Below are positions 1 through 7,584 of a stretch of 50,837 bases of DNA, one piece after another; within the stretch, counting starts at the first letter, position 1, and every line of letters begins with the position of its first letter. The stretch lies in sequence record SRR2962707_2752; one strand, 5' to 3'. The notes beneath the pieces were generated by a model. The model did no database searches and was not told the origin of the DNA. It worked only from the letters and a program-made list of their open reading frames with translations. The position numbers were made by a program, and so were the translations under genes.

Positions 1-1
1 C

Positions 2-223
2 ACCAAATCCGACCTGCTGATCATCAACAAGATCGACATTGCCGAACAGGTACACGCCTCCCTGGACGTAATGGAACGGGACAGCAAAAAAATGCGCGGC
101 GAACGCCCCTTCGTGTTCACCAACCTGTACGACGGGGTAGGGCTGGACACCATCATCAGCTTCATTCTGGAGCGCGGCATGCTGCCGGAAAGGCGTCCCG
201 AAAAACTGGCCGAAATGGCCTGA
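2..223 (+). CDS. ureG: Urease accessory GTPase UreG, C-terminal part (5' end outside the window)
   Basis: Manual translation [12 protein letters not shown]...[20 protein letters not shown]...GML; NKxD G4 motif and typical UreG C-terminus; followed by a HupE/UreJ gene. Confidence 0.93.
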   Translation, partial: TKSDLLIINKIDIAEQVHASLDVMERDSKKMRGERPFVFTNLYDGVGLDTIISFILERGMLPERRPEKLAEMA

Positions 224-266
224 GCAAACGAACCACTACGATTACAGAACCATCAGGAGCAACACC

Positions 267-842
267 ATGAAACTGACTTCAAAACTTCTCGCCACCGCCG
301 CGCTGCTGACCGCTTCCGCCACCGCCATGGCCCACCCCGGCCACACCGAAGGCGGCTTCACCAGCGGCCTGCTACACCCCATGCTGGGCCTGGACCATCT
401 GCTGGCCATGGCCGCCATCGGCTTCTGGAGCGTGCGCCAGAGCAAACTCATGAAAAACGCCACCCCCGCCTTCGTCATCGGCGGCATGGTATTCGGCGCC
501 GCCCTGGCCTGGGGCGGCCTGACCCTGCCGGGCGTGGAAACAGGGATTACCTTCTCGGTACTGGTAGCCGGCATCCTCATCGCCACCCTGGCGAAACTGC
601 CGACGGCTGTGGGTGGCACTCTGGTTGGTGCGTTCATGCTGTTTCACGGCTTTGCGCATGGTGCGGAAATGCCCGAAGGCGCCACGCTGGCGGCTTATCT
701 GGCTGGCTTCTCCATCGCCACGCTCGCCATCACGCTGGTTGGCCGTGGGCTGGGGAGTCTGATGCTGAAGGCGGATAGCCGGTTTAGTCGGGGGGTTGGG
801 GGAGTGCTGGCTGTGGCGGGAGCTTACCTGGCCGCAGCTTGA
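267..842 (+). CDS. ureJ: HupE/UreJ family nickel transporter / urease accessory protein
   Basis: Signal peptide then AHPGH, GLLHPMLGLDHLLAM and FHGFAHGAE motifs; AGGAG SD. Confidence 0.92.
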   Translation: MKLTSKLLATAALLTASATAMAHPGHTEGGFTSGLLHPMLGLDHLLAMAAIGFWSVRQSKLMKNATPAFVIGGMVFGAALAWGGLTLPGVETGITFSVLVAGILIATLAKLPTAVGGTLVGAFMLFHGFAHGAEMPEGATLAAYLAGFSIATLAITLVGRGLGSLMLKADSRFSRGVGGVLAVAGAYLAAA

Positions 843-863
843 TTCCATAATCCCTTCAGAAAC

Positions 864-897
864 GAAAAAGCCGCCCGGGAAACCGCGCGGCTTTTTC
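864..897. terminator. Bidirectional intrinsic terminator
   Basis: GAAAAAGCCGC...GCGGCTTTTTC 11-bp inverted repeat with A/T tracts between convergent genes. Confidence 0.8.
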
Positions 898-963
898 TAT
901 ACTCCTGACCCGTCCTGAATAAGGTTTACACCTTTGGTTCCTTGTTTGGCCGGCTTCCCGGTG

Positions 964-1596
964 TTATTGCTTTTCGAAATTTGAGTTTTCCAGTCTTTGG
1001 TGTAGTGCCCACCCGTCTGTCCCTTTGGGGATCATTGCCACATTGGTGTCCAGTCCATCATGTTCAACTTCGATGATCGCCAAGTAGCCTTCGGTCAAAT
1101 TCAGCGACTCCCAAACCGGAAAGTAGGGCGCAATCTCAGCGAAATTACCAACCCGATCTGTCAGAAAACGGTACATTTCGCGAGAGGGTAAGATGAGCAC
1201 ACCTCCCACCAATTTACCTTCCAAAAGACCTACCACCATTTTGTTTAGTGCACGATGAGAGGAAGAGATATTCCCAGTTTCCCATTCAACTGCGAATACT
1301 CTACCTTCATCGCCAACTGATTTCGTTGCGTCAATTGGTCCTGGCCTCGAAGAGGAGGCGAGTTGAAGCCTAGTTTCTGAAGCCCATCCCTGCTCTTCCA
1401 AATGAAGCATGCATTCATTTTTAATTGGCTTAACGCCGTTGCCTTTTTTGGTGGGGTTAAGTGTGAAGCTTCCGGAAGCAGCAGGCCAAGAAACCTTTTG
1501 AATTGAAGAATGTATTTCGTCAAGTATTTCAGCAAGTTGAGCAGATTTTGAAAAATCGCCCCTATCGATCAGAACTGTTGTCTGTACCAATTTCAC
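964..1596 (-). CDS. Type II restriction endonuclease, BamHI family
   Basis: WPA..FTLN, NGVKPIK, GPID, VEWETGNISSSHRALNK, LTDRVGNF and IPKGTDG segments are colinear with R.BamHI. Confidence 0.9.
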   Translation of the reverse strand: MKLVQTTVLIDRGDFSKSAQLAEILDEIHSSIQKVSWPAASGSFTLNPTKKGNGVKPIKNECMLHLEEQGWASETRLQLASSSRPGPIDATKSVGDEGRVFAVEWETGNISSSHRALNKMVVGLLEGKLVGGVLILPSREMYRFLTDRVGNFAEIAPYFPVWESLNLTEGYLAIIEVEHDGLDTNVAMIPKGTDGWALHQRLENSNFEKQ

Positions 1597-1816
1597 TGGC
1601 TTTTTCCCTTACAAGTTTGATGAAAAGCTCTGGAGGGATGCCGAGTGTTTCTGAGAGCTGAAAGATGGTAGTGATAGTGGGCTTTCTAAGCCCCCGTTCA
1701 AGCAGAGAGATATAAGTTCGGTCCAAATTAGCGTCAAGCGCTAGCTGTTGCTGTGATAAGTGCTGCTTTTCGCGCTGCTCACGTAGAATTAAACTGAACG
1801 CCTGTTCTGGGCTCAC
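1562..1816 (-). CDS. R-M controller (C) protein, XRE-family HTH
   Basis: LSQQQLA...LDRTYISLLERGLRKPTI; lies just upstream of and overlaps the REase; GTG start with GGAGG SD. Confidence 0.85.
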   Translation of the reverse strand: MSPEQAFSLILREQREKQHLSQQQLALDANLDRTYISLLERGLRKPTITTIFQLSETLGIPPELFIKLVREKASEIGTDNSSDR

Positions 1817-1856
1817 ATCGACTCCTCCAATGAAGAGCCAGTATTGTGCTTGTGTG

Positions 1857-1880
1857 GACTATGGTCGACGGACTATAGTC
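1857..1880 (-). promoter_or_regulatory. C-box operator pair
   Basis: Minus strand reads GACTATAGTC-CGTC-GACCATAGTC: one perfect and one imperfect palindrome ~40 bp upstream of the C gene. Confidence 0.75.
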
Positions 1881-1931
1881 TTCATTGGGTTAAGTGCGTT
1901 AAATTTGCGAGAATACGTTTAGAGGCAGAGG

Positions 1932-3164
1932 ATGGGGTATTCCAACCAATTTTACAAAGCAGTAGGTGTTGTCCCAGAGAAGGGACGTAGTTTGACTGAG
2001 TTTGCAAAAGAAACGGGAGTGCCGAAAGCTAGACTCCGGTACTATAACGATGAAAACAAGCTGCCGACAGGTAAAGATCTTGAAGCCATTCTTGCCGCTA
2101 CTGATCAAACGGAGCTTGACCTTGCATTGAAAATGGGGAGATTGAATAGTGCCATTTTGGAAGCAATTCAGGAAAATTCAGCGGAAGTTGCTGAGCTAAT
2201 TTCTAATTATAAAACGCAGGTAAAGTCTGGGGTTACAAAAGTCGAAAAGGTGTTTGAAACGCCCCAAGGCGTATTATACCAAGGTGATTGCTATAGTCTG
2301 TTAAAGGAGCAGGAAAGCGATTCGGTAGATTTGATATTTGCTGACCCGCCTTTCAATTTAAATAAGCTTTATCCTTCAAAAATAGATGATAAGCTAAAGA
2401 CTGAAAGATATATTAAATGGTGTGAAGAGTGGATAACTGAGTGTATTCGGATTCTTAAGCCAGGTGGCTCTTTGTTCCTATGGAATCTTCCAAAATGGAA
2501 TGCGACGCTTTCCAATTTTTTAGACGGTCGATTGAAATTTAAACATTGGATTGGTGTGGATTTGAAATTTGGCTTGCCCGTAAAGGGTAAGTTATATCCA
2601 GCGCACTACTCATTGCTTTATTACGTTAAAGGAGATAAGGCTAACACATTTAAGCCAGATAGGCTTGCGATGCAGGTATGTCCTAACTGTGCGAAAGAAC
2701 TGAAAGATTATGGTGGGTATAAGAATAAGATGAATCCAGCGGGGATTAACCTATCGGACATCTGGACAGATATTCCGCCAGTTCGTCACTCTAAGTATAA
2801 AAGAAGAGAGGGTGCTAATGAATTATCAATAAAGCTTCTGGACCGAATAATAGAAATGGCTTCTGAGGAGGGGGATTTGGTGTTAGATCCGTTTGGAGGT
2901 TCTGGCACAACTTATATGGTGGCTGAGTTGAAGCGTCGAAGGTGGGTTGGCTGCGAAATTGGGCCATGCGAGGTTATTGTTGAGCGATTTGATAAGATTG
3001 ATGAGGAAAGGAAGATTCTAAATAAGTACCGCGGTGAGATTAACGCCCTTTTTCCTGAAAATGTCCGTAAAAAAAGAGAACGGCTCGGAATATGGACAAG
3101 TGAAAGCGTGAGATCCACTTCCGAAAAAGAGTTCGAATCAAAGCAAAAATCGCTCCTAGACTAA
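1932..3164 (+). CDS. Beta-class amino (probably m4C) DNA methyltransferase, M.BamHI-like, with N-terminal HTH-like extension
   Basis: Motif IV ADPPFN precedes motif I LDPFGGSGTT; divergent from C-R as in BamHI. Confidence 0.9.
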   Translation: MGYSNQFYKAVGVVPEKGRSLTEFAKETGVPKARLRYYNDENKLPTGKDLEAILAATDQTELDLALKMGRLNSAILEAIQENSAEVAELISNYKTQVKSGVTKVEKVFETPQGVLYQGDCYSLLKEQESDSVDLIFADPPFNLNKLYPSKIDDKLKTERYIKWCEEWITECIRILKPGGSLFLWNLPKWNATLSNFLDGRLKFKHWIGVDLKFGLPVKGKLYPAHYSLLYYVKGDKANTFKPDRLAMQVCPNCAKELKDYGGYKNKMNPAGINLSDIWTDIPPVRHSKYKRREGANELSIKLLDRIIEMASEEGDLVLDPFGGSGTTYMVAELKRRRWVGCEIGPCEVIVERFDKIDEERKILNKYRGEINALFPENVRKKRERLGIWTSESVRSTSEKEFESKQKSLLD

Positions 3165-3240
3165 GTATAAATAATTATCATCTGGTAAAGTTGTTTTTAT
3201 AAGATCGTGTCGGGTTGGTGCTTGTGGGATTGCAGACCTC

Positions 3241-3268
3241 CCTTGGGGCTAGAATCGTGGCCCCAAGG
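3241..3268. terminator. Stem-loop between the convergent MTase and SIR2 genes
   Basis: CCTTGGGGC-N10-GCCCCAAGG; T-tract is weak. Confidence 0.45.
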
Positions 3269-3278
3269 TGTCGGCTTT

Positions 3279-4142
3279 CTAAGGTTCCGGGTGAGTGGAT
3301 CTAAAGTCAATGACCTGTTCGGTTAGGCCTTCTAACGCGGGCTGTAGGTCTTCGAAATTTTCTCCATACTCTAACGCTTTGATGTTGTATGTGTCTTCCC
3401 AATCCTTTTGCTTTAATCGACTTTGACTATTGCTTCTAAATAACACGTAGTGCGGGACAGTGCTAGATGATGATATTTTAACATCTTCGAGTAGAAGGTT
3501 GATGTCAGGGTCGTCTAAGCTGCAACCTATAAATAAACATGTATTTGTTATAAAAAGCGATCGCAATATTTCATAGAATCTCCAGTGCTCGCGCTTCGCG
3601 ATGTGGTACTCCGACCTCGTGAAGATCATCTTGCTTTTATTGTCGATTGAACCATGTGCTTTGATGATTACTCTACAGTCGCTTCTGATTTCATCGCCCA
3701 AAGAGTTTTGGTCATAACTTATGGTGTTATATCCGGCACCGTTTTCAGTCACATAACTACAATAGGATTCATATATTTTGTCAAAATTTGTGGTTACAAT
3801 AATTCTTGGGTCTAGTGAATGAATAGCTTTGTGAACACCGCTTGCTTGAAATGCTGGGTTGTTGAAATTCTCCTGTAGTAATTGATTGTAGTCAGCTCTA
3901 TCTGAAAAGTCTCTTATGGCCTGTAATGCTAATAGGTAGTTTTTTTCGTTTATTGCTTTTTCGACTTCATTTTTTTCTTCAGGGTCAGAGATTAGATCTT
4001 TGGCGGATTGTAGGAACTCCTCCCAAGTTTTTGGACTTGTGCCCTGTTGTGTAGTTGCTGTTGCCGACACTCCAGATCCGAGGAATATTATGCAACGTTT
4101 TCTTGCAATTTCTCTTACTAAGCTTTTAGGCCACTGAATCAC
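3279..4142 (-). CDS. Stand-alone SIR2-like (SIR2_2) domain protein, putative NADase effector
   Basis: IIFLGSGVS, IIVTTNFD, IIKAHGS and LFIGCSLDDPDI motifs; GTG start overlaps the upstream TGA (GTGA). Confidence 0.88.
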   Translation of the reverse strand: MIQWPKSLVREIARKRCIIFLGSGVSATATTQQGTSPKTWEEFLQSAKDLISDPEEKNEVEKAINEKNYLLALQAIRDFSDRADYNQLLQENFNNPAFQASGVHKAIHSLDPRIIVTTNFDKIYESYCSYVTENGAGYNTISYDQNSLGDEIRSDCRVIIKAHGSIDNKSKMIFTRSEYHIAKREHWRFYEILRSLFITNTCLFIGCSLDDPDINLLLEDVKISSSSTVPHYVLFRSNSQSRLKQKDWEDTYNIKALEYGENFEDLQPALEGLTEQVIDFRSTHPEP

Positions 4143-5164
4143 TTTCCGTCACCTATGTTCTTCATAAGACGCCAACAAATTGCTTCCATTAAGTCAATGT
4201 ATGATTTGACTTGGGAATATTGACTTCCGACTAAGCCATCCGTGCTACGGAGTTCATGTATAGGTGCTTTCGCTGCTTGGGCCATTGGTATTAGGCTGTA
4301 TAAATATGGTATATGCCCAAGCTCTAATTGCTCTGCGTTTTCTTTGTTGATGAGAAACTTCATGCTCTCTTCCACTGTTTCTGGAATTTCTTGCATAATT
4401 TGCTCATAGCTTTTTACTGGACGCGCACCTTCTTTAAATTTTCTCATAACATATTGCTGTATCGAGTATCCGGCGAATCGGAAACTATTGGTTGTATCCT
4501 CTATAATATGATATTCGAACAATTTGTTAGGGTATTTTTGGCTAAAATCCTCGGCTGCTGCCACGTAGTCACTATTCCAAGCTGATATCCAGCCAGCTAT
4601 ATTGCGTATCCCTAGCAAGCTAAAAATATCACATCCAAATGGGGTGACAATATAATCTGAAGCTAATATTACTGATCGATTTAGTGCGCCTAGAGACGGC
4701 CCAACATCAAAAACCACATAGTCATACGAGTCTTTAAACTGTTGTGAAAGATGATGGCACCAATTGGTTATTCTAAATCCTCTTAATTCCCGGGCCCTAA
4801 GGTCAGACCATCCATCGCTGAGCTTATCCTCGATGATTGACATCTTTGGGTGTCCGGGTATTAAGTCGGTTCCGAACCGGTTTCCAGTGCCAAGTAGTGG
4901 TTTTATGTTCGGATTGATTCTAGGTTCGCCGTCTTCTAGAGGTTGTAGCGCAGAATAAAGAGTGTCGTATTCATTGCTTTCCTCTAGGTAGATTTTCTCT
5001 GACAGCTGGTCTGAGATGATCGCTTGGGTCGCATTGCATTGTGGGTCAGCATCAATTAACAAAACCCGTTTATCCATTTTTCGATTGAGAAATGATACGA
5101 GGTTGCAGGCTAGGGTAGTTTTTCCAACTCCCCCTTTGTTATTGAAAAATACTATAGTTTTCAA
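4139..5164 (-). CDS. ParA/Soj-like ATPase, long form (341 aa), no ParB partner
   Basis: Deviant Walker A NNKGGVGKTT, LIDADPQCNAT, YDYVVFDVGPSLG; TTG start. Confidence 0.9.
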   Translation of the reverse strand: MKTIVFFNNKGGVGKTTLACNLVSFLNRKMDKRVLLIDADPQCNATQAIISDQLSEKIYLEESNEYDTLYSALQPLEDGEPRINPNIKPLLGTGNRFGTDLIPGHPKMSIIEDKLSDGWSDLRARELRGFRITNWCHHLSQQFKDSYDYVVFDVGPSLGALNRSVILASDYIVTPFGCDIFSLLGIRNIAGWISAWNSDYVAAAEDFSQKYPNKLFEYHIIEDTTNSFRFAGYSIQQYVMRKFKEGARPVKSYEQIMQEIPETVEESMKFLINKENAEQLELGHIPYLYSLIPMAQAAKAPIHELRSTDGLVGSQYSQVKSYIDLMEAICWRLMKNIGDGK

Positions 5165-5381
5165 AAGGTCGGCTCTCTGTGGTATGGGACACGCACCTGA
5201 CTTTTAGTCTCGTATACTAAGCGCTCACAGGCAAGTCAGATTTTATTCAATGGAAAAACTATTCGGGCTTTATTTGAGTGATTCTCGGATGAGGTTGGGT
5301 AGAGTTCAGTACCACCAACACTCTCGGAGAAATAGATTTATCCATAGTTCGATCTTGGGTCTAGAAGTAGTCCAGAGGTCA

Positions 5382-5654
5382 TCATAAAAAGTGCATATCC
5401 AGCGACTTTCCCTCGATTCGTTTCAGGATTTCGTGTTCGATTTCTTCTTAGTGGAAATTGACCAGTGCCAGTTGAGTAAACTGGTACGGCTTATCCTGTA
5501 AGGTTCCCATAGTGATGGCTTTCTTCGGATTGAACGCGAAATAGGCGCCGATTTTGCCCGCGCTCACCAAGCTGGCTTCCTTTTCCCCGGCCGTCCCTGG
5601 TAATTCTGATGATACATTTGAGCTCCCTTCGGAACTCAGGATCGTGAATTGCAC
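5382..5654 (-). pseudogene. Possible gene remnant of unknown family
   Basis: Frame reads ...GKIGAYFAFNPKKAITMGTLQDKPYQFTQLALVNFH*EEIEHEILKRIEGKSLDMHFL*, protein-like on both sides of one in-frame TAA. Confidence 0.3.
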
Positions 5655-5697
5655 CGAAGTCGGGATTCAATATGTTGCTGCGAAAACGGATCTGTCC

Positions 5698-5727
5698 CGG
5701 TTTTCCGCGGTTTTCCGCGGTTTTCCG
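5698..5727. repeat. Tandem repeat (CGGTTTTCCG)x3
   Basis: Three exact 10-bp copies directly after GATCTGTCC. Confidence 0.9.
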
Positions 5728-6053
5728 GTCCCCGTATGGTCTCGGGATGGCGCGGTTCAGGATGAGATAGACGCGAGCGTCGAAGACGAAGTGTAACGGG
5801 CACGGAGCCAGCTAAGGTCAGTACAATGCCGATCTATATGGTCTTCTATTGAGTTTCGGAGCCCTATTTATCGCAGCGTTATTGCTATCGTCCGTTTTTG
5901 CATCAACTTTTCTGAGCGCCCTTGGCGCAACGGGGTTGCCTAGTTAACCCTAGGTTTCCAACACAGTTATCCACAGTTTTTGTGAGTAAAGTCTGGATCG
6001 AATTGAGCTAGCGACGGTTTGACGGATAAACGGTTAGGAGAACCGGAACAGAC

Positions 6054-6329
6054 TTATTTCCTGATGGTGTGCTCTGCACGTTCAGAAAGGTAGGTAGCGA
6101 ACTCGTCACCCGTGAAGGTTCTGGTTTTGCCAGTCTCCAGGTCCTCCTGGCCCGCATCGATGGCGGCTTTTAGGTCATTCATTTTCGTTACGTATCGGGA
6201 CTCGGCTTCTTCGACCATTCTCAGGCCGGCTCGAAGTACCTCACTCGCATTTTGATAACGGCCCGAGGCAACCAGGTGATCGACTACCTGGGATTGATGG
6301 TCCGTGAGCACTATGTTTCTCGTCGCCAT
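6054..6329 (-). CDS. ParD-family (RHH) type II antitoxin, orphan
   Basis: MATRNIVLTDHQ...LVASGRYQNASEVLRAGLR signature; no ParE ORF downstream. Confidence 0.85.
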   Translation of the reverse strand: MATRNIVLTDHQSQVVDHLVASGRYQNASEVLRAGLRMVEEAESRYVTKMNDLKAAIDAGQEDLETGKTRTFTGDEFATYLSERAEHTIRK

Positions 6330-6349
6330 GAGAGTCATCCTGTCAGCAT

Positions 6350-6374
6350 TGCATTGGCATAATATGCCAATGCA
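6350..6374. promoter_or_regulatory. Palindromic operator upstream of the antitoxin
   Basis: TGCATTGGCATA-A-TATGCCAATGCA, perfect 12-bp arms. Confidence 0.7.
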
Positions 6375-6509
6375 TGGGTTTGCTGTCTAGGGGTGGGATA
6401 ACTGTGACACCTATGGGAAAGCCGGGACAGATCTATTAATGCGGTCATTTCGGTAAGCTGGCGCGCGTTTCGAGTTGGCTGCGCGGCAGCCTTCAGAGGC
6501 AACAGGAGG

Positions 6510-7157
6510 ATGACATTGCCGTTCATGGATCTGGACAGCTGGACGCTGTCACAGAGCATCGTGGTTTTCAGCGTTTGTGCCCTGGTCATTGCAATTGCGG
6601 GCACACGCATCACACGTGTGGTCGACCAGCTCGCCGACCGGACCGGGCTGGGTGAGGCGACCGCTGGAGCCGTGCTTCTGGGGGCAGCGACGTCCCTCAG
6701 TGGTTCGGTGCTGTCGGTAACAGCAGCCTACCGGGGGCACCCGGAGTTGGCTGTGAGTAACGCTCTCGGGGGCATCGCGGTACAGACCTTTTTCCTGGCT
6801 ATTGCCGATATGGTCTATCGTCGTGCAAACCTGGAACACGCGGCGGCCTCGGCTCCGAATATGATGCAGAACGGACTGCTGATCGGGCTCCTGGCATTGC
6901 TCCTTCTGGCGCCGACATTGCCGGATGTGACCGTCTGGAACATCCATCCAGTTACCCCGATACTGCTGGGCTTCTATTTCTATGGCACCCGGCTCATACA
7001 GGGTGCCGGCGACAACCCCATGTGGTACCCCTCCGTTACCAGCGATACCCGGCAGGACGAGCCGGAGAGCGAGAGCAGCTTGCCATCATTGAGCCGTCTC
7101 TGGACCGAATTCCCGGTGCTCTACGGGCTTGGTGTGGTGCTGATGTTTGCTGGCTGA
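6510..7157 (+). pseudogene. Sodium:calcium (CaCA) antiporter with apparent in-frame internal deletion
   Basis: First alpha-repeat present (GAATSLS, LAVSNALGG); second repeat absent; SRLWTEF joins directly to a C-terminal VLYGLGVVLMF. Confidence 0.7.
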
Positions 7158-7179
7158 ATAGCAGCGTCATCCATTAGCA

Positions 7180-7573
7180 ATGAGCTATCTGAGACTCACG
7201 AACGAAAAGCATGCGAGCCAGACAGTGATCGAAACGCGCCTGCCCAAGCTGTGTCAAGGATCGCAGGCTCTATGAACGACTCGCGGGCAGGACCGGCGAA
7301 TCGGTGGAGTGGGTGGATATCACCGGCCGTGATGAGGAGTTGGAGGAACGTGGTATAGACCCGAAAGCCGCGCTTCAGGAGCTCCATGTGGAAGATGGCC
7401 AGGGCAACATCCACCGGGAACTGGATGCCTATATTCTGTTGATGTCGCGGGTCTGGCTGCTGAAACCGCTTGCCTGGCTGATTGGCTTGCCGGTAATTCG
7501 GCCAGCGCTGGCAAAGCTGTATCACAAATGGGTGAGCGAGCGGCTGGAGCGAACCGGGCGCATGCCGTTGTAA
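7180..7573 (+). pseudogene. DCC1/DUF393 thiol-disulfide oxidoreductase with disrupted N-terminus
   Basis: ACPSCVKDRRLYERLAG...VEWVDI...LHV in frame from 7238, but preceded by an in-frame TGA; MSYLR start at 7180 is in another frame and the YDG is missing. Confidence 0.7.
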
Positions 7574-7584
7574 CCGCCGGGCCC

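Larger units (their letters stand above)
5689..6433. repeat. 18-bp inverted repeat pair bracketing the parD segment
   Basis: GATCTGTCCCGGTTTTCC (5689-5706) versus GGAAAGCCGGGACAGATC (6416-6433); 17/18 reverse-complement match. Confidence 0.7.

Noticed and set aside
3279-4142. Thoeris, Sir2-HerA, DSR or SIR2-pAgo assignment
   Set aside because: No TIR, HerA or Argonaute gene nearby, and the protein is too short for SLOG or DSR domains
4139-5164. ParA as a plasmid or chromosome partition locus
   Set aside because: No parB, parS array or rep gene; the protein is long and coupled to SIR2
5698-5727. CRISPR array or iterons
   Set aside because: 10-bp contiguous units with no spacers; no cas or rep genes
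5554-5796. 80-aa plus-strand ORF across the repeat
   Set aside because: TTG start without SD, spans the tandem repeat, no recognisable motif
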